DNA of 64,000 bases from positions 46,832 through 110,831 of the IMG/VR virus record IMGVR_UViG_3300037840_000148; one strand, 5' to 3'. This document shows, in pieces, positions 10,327-21,121 of this stretch (positions within the stretch are counted from its first letter, which is position 1; every line of letters starts with the position of its first letter). The position numbers and the translations under genes are program-made. Source of the DNA: a virus. The notes below the pieces were generated by a model that worked only from the letters and a program-made list of their open reading frames with translations, was not told the DNA's origin and ran no database searches.

Positions 10327-10680
10327 CTATAATAGCCCATCTAGTGCTCCGATGCGGTAAAGGCGGTCTAGTTCGACTTGAAACCGCATCCCGTGGCCGC
10401 CATCTACAGGATAGCCTTTATAATCCTGTAAATCAAGATATGCGTGAGCCATTTCATGTAAAAGAACCAAGCTAGTAAGATTTTCATAACCCCTTAAACC
10501 GGAGTCAATCAAAATATACTTTTTATCGCTATTATAAACCCCGTCGGCATGCTTCATTCTGACCGTATTAGAAAAACCTACATAAGTCAGCATTATCTTG
10601 CTTTGAAAAAATTGAAAATTAAGTCGATCAAACTCTTTTTGGAGTTTCTTGTCCGTCATCTTTTTCATCTTTATTATCAA
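10327..10680 (-). CDS. SprT-like zinc metalloprotease
   Basis: LLHEMAH plus downstream HG..F. Confidence 0.8.
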   Translation of the reverse strand: MIIKMKKMTDKKLQKEFDRLNFQFFQSKIMLTYVGFSNTVRMKHADGVYNSDKKYILIDSGLRGYENLTSLVLLHEMAHAYLDLQDYKGYPVDGGHGMRFQVELDRLYRIGALDGLL

Positions 10681-11305
10681 TCCTCAATTCATATGTCCCG
10701 AGTTCAGCGACACATGTAAATAGCGTCCGGTCCCACTCAAGTTGTTTATCTACGTAATAATGCCCAAAACACCACTCTTTCGGTTGATGGATATCAAACA
10801 TCGCCTGTAAAGCTTCGGCTGTTCTGGACATCGAGCACTCCATCTTAGCCGTGAAATACGGCCCGACTAAAGTCATAAGAAGCATTTTAGCTATTTTAGA
10901 CGGCGCTTCGTGCGACAAAACAAACTTCGGCTTGACAGTTTCATAAAAATCAATAGCTTTTTGAAGCTCTTCGTAACTCAATTCTTCATCCGGCCACCAT
11001 GAAACGCCTGTTTGGCGCACCATTCTGTCAATTGAAAATGCCCCGGCGAGCCAGAATAGTTCATACTCAGGTAGGTATCCCCAATCACCGAGATAATTCG
11101 GGTGCTTTCGGCACTTCTCCGGATTATCGTGATTCCCCCGGAACCATTTATGGTCCTGGGACATATTATGGACGACTACACCAGAAAAGCCGACGCCCAT
11201 ATCGCCAACTTGGATGCTTTTTTGACCATCCGGAAGATTACGAACTAAACGCTTATAGTCTCCAGTCTTCCCGTGGACATCTCCAATAACGACAATTTTA
11301 GTCAT
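10628..11305 (-). CDS. calcineurin-like metallophosphoesterase
   Basis: GDVHG, GD, GNHD, SHEAP, FGH. Confidence 0.88.
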   Translation of the reverse strand: MTKIVVIGDVHGKTGDYKRLVRNLPDGQKSIQVGDMGVGFSGVVVHNMSQDHKWFRGNHDNPEKCRKHPNYLGDWGYLPEYELFWLAGAFSIDRMVRQTGVSWWPDEELSYEELQKAIDFYETVKPKFVLSHEAPSKIAKMLLMTLVGPYFTAKMECSMSRTAEALQAMFDIHQPKEWCFGHYYVDKQLEWDRTLFTCVAELGTYELRIDNKDEKDDGQETPKRV

Positions 11306-12227
11306 GTTGATCTCGATACCAATCGATTGTACGCCTTAAACCCGTCATTATATCAGTCTTTGGCTGGAAGTCAAGTAATTTCTTTGATCTAGATGTATCT
11401 AGACACCGCCTTGGTTGACCGTCTGGCTTATCTCGGTGAGTAAAAAATGGCCACTTATAACCAATAATTTCAGCTATTCTTTCTGCTATCCCAAAAATCG
11501 AAATTTCTTCACCGCTGCCGAGGTTAATTGGATCAGGCTCATTATAGATTTCCATCGCTTTGACAATCGCTTCGGCACAATCTTCAACATAAAGAAAGTC
11601 GCGTGTTGTAAGACCGGAACCCCACATATCAACAAACTTCTCATTATTCTTGACTGCGAAATCAATTTTCTTAATCAATGCCGGAATAACGTGACTTGTT
11701 TCAGAATCGAAGTTATCCCCCGGCCCGTAAAGATTTGTCGGGATCAAATAGATTGAATTAAAAAGATATTGCTGACGTAATGCCTGACTATACGTCAATA
11801 ATAGCTTCTTAGCCAGACCGTATGGCGCGTTTGTTTCCTCCGGATAGCCATTATGGATGTCTTCTTCCTTGAACGGCACCGACGTCATTTTAGGGTAGGA
11901 ACAAACAGTCCCGACAGTCACGAGTTTCTCGATGTCGAAGTCTTTCGCGGCTCTCATTATTTCCAAACCCATCACGGCATTATCATATAGAAAGTCAGCC
12001 GGACTAGTTTGATTCGCACCGATTCCACCGACGTTAGCGGCTAAATGGATTACTATTTCCGGACCTTCTATCGAAAACATCCCGTCAACGTCTGTTTGAT
12101 TTGTAAGATCATACCGTTCGTGTGACGGAACAATGACGTCTGAATACCCCCGTTCCCACAGCTTCTGACAGACGTGCTTGCCGAGAAAGCCGTGACCGCC
12201 GGTGACTAAAATACGTTTACTTAGCAT
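11298..12227 (-). CDS. fcl: GDP-L-fucose synthase
   Basis: [51 protein letters not shown]. Confidence 0.95.
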   Translation of the reverse strand: MLSKRILVTGGHGFLGKHVCQKLWERGYSDVIVPSHERYDLTNQTDVDGMFSIEGPEIVIHLAANVGGIGANQTSPADFLYDNAVMGLEIMRAAKDFDIEKLVTVGTVCSYPKMTSVPFKEEDIHNGYPEETNAPYGLAKKLLLTYSQALRQQYLFNSIYLIPTNLYGPGDNFDSETSHVIPALIKKIDFAVKNNEKFVDMWGSGLTTRDFLYVEDCAEAIVKAMEIYNEPDPINLGSGEEISIFGIAERIAEIIGYKWPFFTHRDKPDGQPRRCLDTSRSKKLLDFQPKTDIMTGLRRTIDWYRDQHD

Positions 12228-13170
12228 ATATTTCCGAGTTCACCATGATTTTTACTAATTCTTTGAACTTCACTTTTGGCGTCCAACCGAGTTTTTCCTT
12301 TGCGTAAGAGGCGTCTCCTAACAAGTTTTCAACTTCCGTCGGACGATAATACTTCGGGTCAACTTCGACATAATCTTCCCAATCTAGTCCAAGATATGTA
12401 AACGCCTCATAACAGAATTCACGGACTGAATGTGATTCACCGGTTGCTAGGACATAATCATCCGGAATATCTCGCTGAAGCATCCGCCACATCCCTTCAA
12501 CAAATTCCGGCGCGTATCCCCAATCTCTCGTGGCCGACAAATTACCGAGTCTCAGAACGCCGCGCAGACCGCGATAAATCTCGACAGCACCTTTGACAAT
12601 CTTCTGAGTTACGAATGTCTCGCCTCGCCGCGGTGATTCGTGGTTGAACAAAATCCCGTTTGAAACGTGCATCTTATATCCTTCTCGATAATTCCTTGCC
12701 ATCCAATATCCATACAATTTAGAAATGCCGTACGGGCTGCGAGGCGCAAATTTTGTATATTCATTCTGAGGAACGCAAGTAGTATTACCAAACATTTCGC
12801 TACTCGATGCCTGATAAAACCTTGATTCAGGCACGATATCTCGAACGGCTTCTAATAAACGTAATGTTCCAATAGCATCAGCGTTAGTTGTGTATTCCGG
12901 GATATCAAAACTACTCCGAACGTGTGATTGTGCCCCCAATGCGTAAATTTCATCTGGTTTTGAATCATATACTAGTTTTCGGATTGATCCGGTATCCGTT
13001 AAATCGGCATAAATCAAATTTAACTTATCAAAAATATGGTCGATTCTTCTAGTATTAAAACTAGACGATCTACGTAAAGAACCGTAGACAGAATAACCCT
13101 TCTGCAATAAAAGTTCGGCGAGATAAGAACCGTCCTGGCCCGTAATTCCAGTGATCAAAGCACGCTTCAT
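12217..13170 (-). CDS. gmd: GDP-mannose 4,6-dehydratase
   Basis: [49 protein letters not shown]. Confidence 0.97.
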   Translation of the reverse strand: MKRALITGITGQDGSYLAELLLQKGYSVYGSLRRSSSFNTRRIDHIFDKLNLIYADLTDTGSIRKLVYDSKPDEIYALGAQSHVRSSFDIPEYTTNADAIGTLRLLEAVRDIVPESRFYQASSSEMFGNTTCVPQNEYTKFAPRSPYGISKLYGYWMARNYREGYKMHVSNGILFNHESPRRGETFVTQKIVKGAVEIYRGLRGVLRLGNLSATRDWGYAPEFVEGMWRMLQRDIPDDYVLATGESHSVREFCYEAFTYLGLDWEDYVEVDPKYYRPTEVENLLGDASYAKEKLGWTPKVKFKELVKIMVNSEIYAK

Positions 13171-14885
13171 CGACGGCCTCGTTGCGAATCCCGCTGCTCT
13201 CTGAACTTCCTGGCGCTTTCAATCCTGTCCTGTCGTTCTTTATCGTTTGATTTCGGTGTAATTCGGCCGTTATCCAAAACGCGGTCTGCCCAATCCGCGC
13301 CGGGGTATATGTTGCTGAGATACGGCGGATGTAAACCGCGAATTTCGTCGAGTTTCTTGCCATTCCGTTCGATAAATAGCGAACACCCAGCATAGAAATG
13401 CGGGAATTCCGGTTCGTTAGCTAGAAACATTGCTGGTTCTTTTGTCAAGGACATTTTCAAATTGTAGCAAATCCAGCTTGCCGCGCTTTGGTCATGCCTG
13501 TGTCCGAGAACATCAGGATTGCTTGATGCTTGAAGTTTTTCGTTTGTCCACGGACCTCGGAAGACGCCAAGTTTAGCCAACCGCTTATATTCTTCAAAGA
13601 ATTGAACCGCGGTGGGGTTCAGGAAATTCAAAGCAAAAGCCGTACAGATTACCTGCGGAACCTTCTTCATTTCATTCCGCTGACGGTCGATTAGTTTCAA
13701 AGCCTCGTCAGAGATCCACTCGTAATTAGTATTAGGTCCGTTAATCGAGATCCAATAACCTTGCTTCTCGACTAAATTCCAGATTGTTTCAAGACTCCTG
13801 ACCGCGATAACGGATGAATCCGCCCACAGAATCTTAGTATAGCCTAGCCGCCGGGCTTCCTCGATAGCGTGGATCTTGAATTCATATGGACTGTCTTCGT
13901 GTGTCGGTGAGCCGACCGGCAGGACATCCTTGAACGTCATGATTTTCGCGCCTGGGCTATTGACTTGCATCTGATGAACGAACCGGTCGAGGTTATCCGA
14001 GAAAGGCTTCCCGATCAGTTCTTCTTCATTCTGTTTCCCTGTATACTCACGTTTTCCTACCGCGACTGTCACGATTGTTTTATCCGTGCTGAGACTACCC
14101 ATAAGCTGCCACCTCCGTGGAATCATATCTCTTGAATCTAGATGTTCGACTACAAACCACTTCCGTGGGGCGCAGACGATCCTGTCAGCTTTATTATCCC
14201 CCAAAAATGCCGCCCACCAACCGTAGCTGGAATTCGAAATTACTGCGTGCTGACATTGACTCATTAAGTGCATATCCCAAAAACGGTCGCCAGTTGAAAT
14301 TATTTCGCCTTCGATGTTTTCATGGCACCAATCCGGATCATCGCTAAAAATGAAAGGCTTCGCGTGCGGATACTTTTGCCTGATACTATTAATACAATTT
14401 TGATAATACGCTATCGGCATCAAGCCATGATAATCCTGTAAACTGACATAATCGCCACGACGAACATGGACGCCAACTGAATCACTTGTGTTTAGTATTT
14501 TATTCAACAATTCGCTGACGTCTTTTTTAGGAAAGTTCTTTGGAACAAACTCCTTTCGAAGCTCATCAGCGACACACTCAATATACCGTTCGCTTTGCCA
14601 ATGCCCCGTCAATGTGCAGTTTCGTGGTGGATCGTAGATGTCCGGCCGGAATGTCATATTAGAGTCTGTGATTTCAGGACCATCAGAGTCACCGAAAACA
14701 ATCTTCGTCTTGAAGCCGTCAAGGCCGTATTGTGGCTTATTCAAAGCATGCGGCTCATTAGACGCAGGCAGAAGGTCACGTTTTTTAAATACGACTTCGT
14801 AGCCACGTTTTTGTAAACTTCGGCCCATCGCGTATTGAAAAAGTTGGTTCCCGAGACCGCCCATCAGCGCGATTGCGATTGGCAT
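13167..14885 (-). CDS. GT11 alpha-1,2-fucosyltransferase fused to a second glycosyltransferase-like domain
   Basis: [31 protein letters not shown]; C-terminal half has LWADSS and HRHDQS. Confidence 0.88.
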   Translation of the reverse strand: MPIAIALMGGLGNQLFQYAMGRSLQKRGYEVVFKKRDLLPASNEPHALNKPQYGLDGFKTKIVFGDSDGPEITDSNMTFRPDIYDPPRNCTLTGHWQSERYIECVADELRKEFVPKNFPKKDVSELLNKILNTSDSVGVHVRRGDYVSLQDYHGLMPIAYYQNCINSIRQKYPHAKPFIFSDDPDWCHENIEGEIISTGDRFWDMHLMSQCQHAVISNSSYGWWAAFLGDNKADRIVCAPRKWFVVEHLDSRDMIPRRWQLMGSLSTDKTIVTVAVGKREYTGKQNEEELIGKPFSDNLDRFVHQMQVNSPGAKIMTFKDVLPVGSPTHEDSPYEFKIHAIEEARRLGYTKILWADSSVIAVRSLETIWNLVEKQGYWISINGPNTNYEWISDEALKLIDRQRNEMKKVPQVICTAFALNFLNPTAVQFFEEYKRLAKLGVFRGPWTNEKLQASSNPDVLGHRHDQSAASWICYNLKMSLTKEPAMFLANEPEFPHFYAGCSLFIERNGKKLDEIRGLHPPYLSNIYPGADWADRVLDNGRITPKSNDKERQDRIESARKFREQRDSQRGRR

Positions 14886-15421
14886 TCAATCTCCTTCTTT
14901 TCCATCCACTCAAGCACTTTTCTAACTTGTTCAGTCGTTGCTTTTGATTTTATCGCGTTAGCTAAATATGATATAACCGAACAATTTTCTTTTGTGTATC
15001 CTAACTCTGGTATAAATCTATCCAAACTTGCAGACGTATCAGTTTGTGTAAAATGCGATAAATTAAATGGTGTACCAAAAACAGGACATTTACCATTTCC
15101 GATTAGCTCCAAAAGATCCTCTTTCGTAATACTTATTGGTAAATTCATCTTTTTAGCTCTTTGTTTCGCAGATGTTAGCATTTGTTGAGCCACAGCAGGA
15201 AATCCTATACACATTTTACACTGGTGTCTAATTCGACCGTGCCCGCAAATCTGATGACCGCCACAATCAGGACATCTTGATTTTCTACGACTATGTATGC
15301 AAAACTGATTTCCTGTTCCACATTTACTACATTGAATGGGAACATTTCCGTGTTTACAAAAAGGCCCTATATTGCACTCTTTACAACAATTCTTTCTTCT
15401 GCCATGTTTACAATTACTCAT
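14864..15421 (-). CDS. HNH-type endonuclease with N-terminal CxHG Zn repeats
   Basis: repeated C-x-H-G..C..C; CPVFG, SLDRF.PELGYTKEN, AN.IK; AT-rich. Confidence 0.75.
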   Translation of the reverse strand: MSNCKHGRRKNCCKECNIGPFCKHGNVPIQCSKCGTGNQFCIHSRRKSRCPDCGGHQICGHGRIRHQCKMCIGFPAVAQQMLTSAKQRAKKMNLPISITKEDLLELIGNGKCPVFGTPFNLSHFTQTDTSASLDRFIPELGYTKENCSVISYLANAIKSKATTEQVRKVLEWMEKKEIECQSQSR

Positions 15422-16104
15422 TTATTTTTTAAAAAATCAGGATGAAACCTTCTTATTTTCTCTGTATACTCTTCTTTTTTATTCCATCCAACAGATGCAA
15501 ACTGATTTTCTCTTCTCCTATACCAAAAAAGAGGCTCATTAATAGAAGCCATTTTCCAATTTCTAGCTAATATCTCGATCCACAAAAACCAATCTTCCCA
15601 ACTATCAATATCTGTTCTATAACCTCCTGCCTGCAGAAACGCTTCCCGGTCAATCAAAGACGTCACGGGGATTTCATTACTCTGCAATTGCTCTTCATAC
15701 GTTCTGTTCTTAATCGGAATAACGCCGTTTTCAATCCCGAAATACATCATCTCCGTCGAGACAATCCCGATTCCGGCAGTCATCAACGGCAAAGTCTTCT
15801 TGATGAAGTCCGGACGAATCATGTCGTCGGCATCTAACGGCAGAATGTAATCACCACATGACAAGCTGACGGCGTGATTCCTAGCTGCCGCAGGTCCGGC
15901 ATTTTTCTGCCGAACGAGCTTAATCAAATTTCCTTCATTGATAAATTTCTCGACGGTCGCGTAACTCGTATCCGTCGAGCCATCATCCACGACAATTATC
16001 TCCCGTTTGACACCCTCGACTGGGTGTTGATTGATAGCCGAAAATACACTGCTTTCAATCGTCGCGGCGGCATTAAACATCGGGATAATTATGCTGACAA
16101 TCAT
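15418..16104 (-). CDS. glycosyltransferase family 2
   Basis: SIIIP.FN, VVDDGSTD, ARN, LDADD, EDW. Confidence 0.92.
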   Translation of the reverse strand: MIVSIIIPMFNAAATIESSVFSAINQHPVEGVKREIIVVDDGSTDTSYATVEKFINEGNLIKLVRQKNAGPAAARNHAVSLSCGDYILPLDADDMIRPDFIKKTLPLMTAGIGIVSTEMMYFGIENGVIPIKNRTYEEQLQSNEIPVTSLIDREAFLQAGGYRTDIDSWEDWFLWIEILARNWKMASINEPLFWYRRRENQFASVGWNKKEEYTEKIRRFHPDFLKNK

Positions 16105-16107
16105 AAT

Positions 16108-16254
16108 TTACTCAAACTTAAACGGCCAAAATTTTAAACGTTCCCATATAGACATCACTATATAGATAATTGCTATCCCAAGAGCCATACCCATAAAAGC
16201 TATAAAATACCCAACTATAGCGGCATAAAGAACCATCATTACGAATGTCTTCAT
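16108..16254 (-). CDS. small membrane protein (not in ORF track)
   Basis: 48-aa hydrophobic ORF, ATGA overlap with GT6 stop. Confidence 0.45.
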   Translation of the reverse strand: MKTFVMMVLYAAIVGYFIAFMGMALGIAIIYIVMSIWERLKFWPFKFE

Positions 16255-16946
16255 TTCTGAAAGCCCTTTTCACGCGCAACTAAAATTGGCTGATACTTCG
16301 CTCGGACTGAATCGTACCCCGGTCCTGCTGTTGGCTCTGGATAACAATACGCCGGTGTCAGGATTTTCGCGGGCGGGTTATAGTGTAAATAGTGGTTCAA
16401 GTGACTTTCATCATTATGGATTGCGATACAACCCCACTCTAGATCTTTATCGATGTTGTCTCGTAACGTTCTAGCCATTTTGAGATACGCTTGGGCATTA
16501 CCACCATTAAAGCCGCCGCAGAAATAATACTTATTGCCTACAAGATAGGCGGTCGATTGCGGTCTTGTGCTTTCAGGAACTCCCGGGCCACCTTCCGGAT
16601 AGCCGGGATGTAACGTCGCCGTGATGCCTTGACTGTAAATATTTCCGACTGGCGCGACGAATTCCATATCAGCATCGACCCAGAAGATTTGATCATACGT
16701 TTCTAATTCTTTTTCAAGTATCAACATCGTATGATACCTGAAAAGCGTTTCTTTCGGGAAGCCTTTCGGTTCGATAATTACCATTTGTTTTATAATATCA
16801 GCAGGATAAGAATCAATAAAACAATCACTAAAAAGGAAAACATCTATCCCCTCCGGATAAAAGAATTTTTTGGCAGACCTGATCATCGTTTTAGCGAAAG
16901 GCCAGTACTGTTCGCCTGTCGCGATACAAATCAAGGCTATTTTCAT
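16251..16946 (-). CDS. glycosyltransferase family 6 (ABO-type alpha-1,3-Gal/GalNAc transferase-like)
   Basis: IATG.Y, VDADM, TLHPGY, YFCGGFNGG, DESHLNHY, PAYCYPE. Confidence 0.88.
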   Translation of the reverse strand: MKIALICIATGEQYWPFAKTMIRSAKKFFYPEGIDVFLFSDCFIDSYPADIIKQMVIIEPKGFPKETLFRYHTMLILEKELETYDQIFWVDADMEFVAPVGNIYSQGITATLHPGYPEGGPGVPESTRPQSTAYLVGNKYYFCGGFNGGNAQAYLKMARTLRDNIDKDLEWGCIAIHNDESHLNHYLHYNPPAKILTPAYCYPEPTAGPGYDSVRAKYQPILVAREKGFQK

Positions 16947-17770
16947 CTTCGGTTCTTCCGTTGCTCTTTAAACTTCCTACCCGATTCCATTCTAGCACGA
17001 GCCTCGTCGTTTGTCAACATCTTTAATTTCGGTTGCTTACTGAGCATCTTCATGACGTCGTATTCTTCGCTAGCGACTTCTTCGTACCACGGCTCAGGAC
17101 GGCCGTGACGGTAAATTTCACGGATCATCTCAGGGAAAAATTTATGTTCGAAAACTGCAAACCGCTTGACGTGCCATGAAGCGTTGCACTCTAAATCCGG
17201 AAGATCTATAGCATGAATCACTTTAGCTCGAATAAACGGCCCGAGTACCTGTCCGACGCCAAGGTCTTCTGCCCATCCTTGAACTCCCTTCGCGGCGATA
17301 ATGTTTGCTGCGTGTCTAGAAATCCAATACCCGACCCCCCCAGACGCCCAGGGCTCGCAACGCTCATGAAGTATCTCGTGACAATCCCGGTAAGTAAAAA
17401 TCGAGCCTATCGGCGGATCGAGTCCAAACATCCCGGCGTAATCATATTCACGGAATGACGTCCCTAACAAAGCGTGCGGAATAATGAAAGTATCGTTATC
17501 ACATAAAAACGTGAAATCATATCCGTTCTGGACTGACCACTCAGCAATCTTGGTCGTTTTGGCAGGCAGGTCGTCATAGCCGTCTTTGCAGTCCAGTTGA
17601 GTTTCGTCCTGCTGGTAGCCGCCGAAACCTGACTGGTGTTCACCACACCCAGTGAAGAAACGAACGTCCGCTTTACCAGCGAAATCTTTCCCCCACGTAG
17701 CGCGTATCGCCTCATGGAAGCCAAGATCTAGATCGCGGCAGCACGTCTTAAGAGCTATGAGTATTTTCAT
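16943..17770 (-). CDS. GT31/Fringe-like galactosyltransferase
   Basis: IRATWG, DGYDDLP.KT, LCDNDT, SGG.GY..SR, EDL.VG. Confidence 0.78.
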   Translation of the reverse strand: MKILIALKTCCRDLDLGFHEAIRATWGKDFAGKADVRFFTGCGEHQSGFGGYQQDETQLDCKDGYDDLPAKTTKIAEWSVQNGYDFTFLCDNDTFIIPHALLGTSFREYDYAGMFGLDPPIGSIFTYRDCHEILHERCEPWASGGVGYWISRHAANIIAAKGVQGWAEDLGVGQVLGPFIRAKVIHAIDLPDLECNASWHVKRFAVFEHKFFPEMIREIYRHGRPEPWYEEVASEEYDVMKMLSKQPKLKMLTNDEARARMESGRKFKEQRKNRR

Positions 17771-18091
17771 CTTCTTTAATCCACAGGACTAATCGATCAT
17801 AGTGTTCTTGACACAAAAACGAATTATGATTAGCAAAATGCCAAATCTTTACAGCCTCTCGACGGCAGGCCGTAGCCCAAGTTTTAGACCATTTAAAGGC
17901 TCCAATAAAATCACCTTTTTCATCTATTTTAACGAATTCACAAAGTCTTCCTATCATCTTGTTCTCTTTGACTCTATAATCATAGCCAAAACCCGACCGA
18001 TTTGACAACATTCTTGCAAATTTTTAGCATTAAGACACCGCTCGCAAGCCCTAACGTGGTTATTCAAACTCTCCTGATCTTTGTCCATTAC

Positions 18092-19051
18092 TTATTTCCA
18101 AATTTGACTTACTATCGCATCCAATTTTGCGTTTATTTCAGTTTGTTCTTTAGCGTAATCTCGGCGTCCAAGAATGGTATCAATCATTTTTCGCGCTTCA
18201 TCAAGCGGCAGCCTTAGTCCAGCGGCATGTTGGTGCCCGCCGCCGAGAAACTTCTTAGCAATTTCACTGACGTCGATATCACCAATCGACCGAAGACTAA
18301 ATTGTACTTGCCCATCATGTCTCTCGAAGTATGTCAACGAGACGTCGGCGTTCTGTGCCAAAGTATTCCCGACTTCGCTGCAGTTGACATACGGGCACCC
18401 GACGACAAGCGTTGTATACGGTCGGTTATTAACCCACCAGACGCCTTTCTGGGCTTCGGCTGCGACTTCACGGACGTATATGTCGATGTATCTCAAGACT
18501 GGAATTCCGAATTGCTCGGCTTGTTCGACTTTGATTTTATCAAGATAGTCCCATTCTTCGATTGTGAATTTCAACGTCGAAATATAAGCGTTGACAGCTT
18601 TTGAGTTCGGTAATGCCCAATTCCATAAATCCCTATCCTCAACATAACTGACATACCACGGTCGTGTTTGATAAACGAACGGTTTCCCGATTTTTTCACC
18701 TTCCCAAATTATTGGTCTGTCTTTTCCAAATAAATAATCCCACGCCAGACCTGCGCCGCTTCGTTTCATGTCAAACGTCACGAATGGCAAGCCCTCCAGC
18801 CGCTCCTGTGCAGTCCTGTGATGATCGTATATATGAAAACTCTTCGCGAGATCATGTAATTTGATGTTGTCTTCCCTGACCGGCCAACTGAAATCCAAAA
18901 CTAATACATCGCGCCCTTTAACCACGTCAAACGGGACGGGCGAGCCGTGGTCTAACGGCATGATTTCAGCGTCTGGATAACGTTTCTTAGCAATAAAGGC
19001 AGCGCACCAACCATCAGGACATTTTGCGTGTGTGATGATAAAATTTATCAT
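18092..19051 (-). CDS. DHH/DHHA1 phosphoesterase
   Basis: CPDG, LDFS, DHH, DRDLW, FSLRS, GGGH..AAG. Confidence 0.9.
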   Translation of the reverse strand: MINFIITHAKCPDGWCAAFIAKKRYPDAEIMPLDHGSPVPFDVVKGRDVLVLDFSWPVREDNIKLHDLAKSFHIYDHHRTAQERLEGLPFVTFDMKRSGAGLAWDYLFGKDRPIIWEGEKIGKPFVYQTRPWYVSYVEDRDLWNWALPNSKAVNAYISTLKFTIEEWDYLDKIKVEQAEQFGIPVLRYIDIYVREVAAEAQKGVWWVNNRPYTTLVVGCPYVNCSEVGNTLAQNADVSLTYFERHDGQVQFSLRSIGDIDVSEIAKKFLGGGHQHAAGLRLPLDEARKMIDTILGRRDYAKEQTEINAKLDAIVSQIWK

Positions 19052-19737
19052 TAGTGTTTCCTTTGATTTAATCTTTGTTCATGTGCTGTTGCCCATTGAA
19101 CATTTCCAGACTCATAATGCCCGTCATTTTTGATTCTATCTAATGAGTGTTTAGGGCTGGGTTTAGGCCCTAATTCAGATAAAAATTGTTCAAAATTCGT
19201 AAATAAAAATTTAATGCCCCTACCACCGTAATCTTTCCATCTAGGATTAGTTTCATAAGTACAGCGGTGTTTTGCATCTTTATAAGCACTCCATTCAGGT
19301 GTGCCGGACATCCCATGTTTTACAATAGCTGGATTATCAGAAATATTTCTTAATGTTATTGTGTCTTTTCTTAAACAACTACAACTTTTTGTTAAACCTT
19401 TTGTTAAAGAAGTGCCTATCACAATGGTTTCTTTTCCACATTTGCACTCGCATAACCAATAAATACGTTGCTTACCGGATCTTCTAATTTGATTTTTTAC
19501 CGTTAATCGCCCAAATACTTTATTATTTAAATTAGCTACTTCGTTTTTTAAACATCCGCAACTTTGAATTTTACCGTTTAAAAGTTTACTAGCTAATACA
19601 ACTTTTTTGTTTCCACAATCACATAAACAAAGCCACCCGCATCTTGATTCAGTTGAGGTAATTATTCTCACGTCGCTTTTTTCAATAACCACCAATCGTC
19701 CAGAACGGAAACCTTTAATTAATTCAAGTTTCTTCAT
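19051..19737 (-). CDS. free-standing HNH homing endonuclease
   Basis: two GRL.V..W.C.C.CG..SCGC repeats; YGGRGI, SLDRIKNDGHY..GNV.WAT..EQ..N. Confidence 0.85.
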   Translation of the reverse strand: MKKLELIKGFRSGRLVVIEKSDVRIITSTESRCGWLCLCDCGNKKVVLASKLLNGKIQSCGCLKNEVANLNNKVFGRLTVKNQIRRSGKQRIYWLCECKCGKETIVIGTSLTKGLTKSCSCLRKDTITLRNISDNPAIVKHGMSGTPEWSAYKDAKHRCTYETNPRWKDYGGRGIKFLFTNFEQFLSELGPKPSPKHSLDRIKNDGHYESGNVQWATAHEQRLNQRKH

Positions 19738-20521
19738 AGTCTATCCTACCATCTCCAAGAACGTATTTTTTAATTTTTCTTTTTATAAAACATGGGCGCT
19801 GCGGATCTTGCGCCCGACGCCGATAAAGATTATATCTAGGACTATTTCTAATTTTTTGTTCATTTATACCAACTCCCGAAACATAAACTGTTTTTAAGCC
19901 TGATTTTTTGCAGTCAAGGAAGAATGCGGCGTGCTCGGCCCCACCTATCTTAGGTTCAGGCACGTCCCAACGTATTCCAGCCGCGTTTAAATGATCCATT
20001 CTAATCAACGAATAATTGACTGTTAAATCGCAATAAACAAATGGCGATTGCCAATACTCTTCCGCCGACAACGGACGTTCATACCATTCGCCGGGCTGTC
20101 TTTCAATAAGATGAAATTCATACGGGCTATTATTGACTCGACCACTAGCGATACTAACTGGCGGATATTCTTCAAGAACCCGTTCGAGCCTTTTGATTCC
20201 TTGTCGAACTTCAGTAGGTGCGAAATCAAAATCGTCTGCACCAATCAATAAAAATTTTCTTTTAGTCCTTTCGACAATTGAGTTGCTCATGACCCCAAAT
20301 CCACTATCGAAAGGCAAATCAATGTGGATGTGTCCGTCGCGCTCTAACCCCGCGTAATACGAGTCTTTTTCCTCCGTCATGTCGCCGCAATCCGCGATAA
20401 TCATCTGCGCTCCGGGCAAATTAGTCCTGATGGCGTGCAGCGTATTAAACAACTGCTCGTCTCTTAAAAACGTCTTGATGCCGATACTGAGATTTTCAAA
20501 CATCAATCTATTTTCCGCCAA
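19724..20521 (-). CDS. glycosyltransferase family 2 (B4GALNT-like)
   Basis: IKTFLR, IIAD, LPFDSG, ADDF, CDLTVNY, EH..FF. Confidence 0.72.
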   Translation of the reverse strand: MAENRLMFENLSIGIKTFLRDEQLFNTLHAIRTNLPGAQMIIADCGDMTEEKDSYYAGLERDGHIHIDLPFDSGFGVMSNSIVERTKRKFLLIGADDFDFAPTEVRQGIKRLERVLEEYPPVSIASGRVNNSPYEFHLIERQPGEWYERPLSAEEYWQSPFVYCDLTVNYSLIRMDHLNAAGIRWDVPEPKIGGAEHAAFFLDCKKSGLKTVYVSGVGINEQKIRNSPRYNLYRRRAQDPQRPCFIKRKIKKYVLGDGRIDYEET

Positions 20522-20707
20522 CCTTGGAGGTTCAAAGAGATAGCTTCTAATTTTTGCTCCAAAGTGAAGATCTCCCGCGTCCTAGCGATATACGCCTGCT
20601 CGATGGCTTTAAGATATACCAAAAGCTCCTCGGTGTTGATTTCGCCTTCCGCGCCTAATTTTTCAAGAAAGCCTTCCAACTTTCCGATGCAGAAACCTAC
20701 TGTAGGA

Positions 20708-21121
20708 TTATTTTCCATTATTTTCTACCTTTTGGATATGATGAATAAATTCGGAACCGCCTCGTTTCCACCCTGCGGCATCTTCAAAAGCCTTAAAAAT
20801 TTCCTTGACATTAAACTGATATCCGGCCTTGTTAGCCTCTCCCACAAATGATTTGTTATTTAGAAGTTTAAAAATCATAGGAATAGATTTCAAGATCTCT
20901 TTATTTGCAGCGGTTTCAAAAGTTTCTGGGGCATATTTCATCGCTCGATATTCTGTCATTATTCCACGTACCAAATCTCTGAACCGGTTGCGCCAACTGT
21001 TATTTTCACGACGGGCGACTTCTTTTGCAAATTTTTCACTTTTAAAAGCTTCCGTAGTAGGTTTCCAACCATCGTTAAGAAGCTTCTGTTCATTATACTC
21101 TATAACCCATAATTCGCTCAT
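20708..21121 (-). CDS. hypothetical protein
   Basis: 137-aa ORF with AGGAG SD. Confidence 0.55.
   Translation of the reverse strand: MSELWVIEYNEQKLLNDGWKPTTEAFKSEKFAKEVARRENNSWRNRFRDLVRGIMTEYRAMKYAPETFETAANKEILKSIPMIFKLLNNKSFVGEANKAGYQFNVKEIFKAFEDAAGWKRGGSEFIHHIQKVENNGK

Noticed and set aside
14864-19737. HNH genes as group I intron ORFs
   Set aside because: They overlap neighbouring complete genes directly, leaving no room for intron core structure, so they are treated as free-standing.
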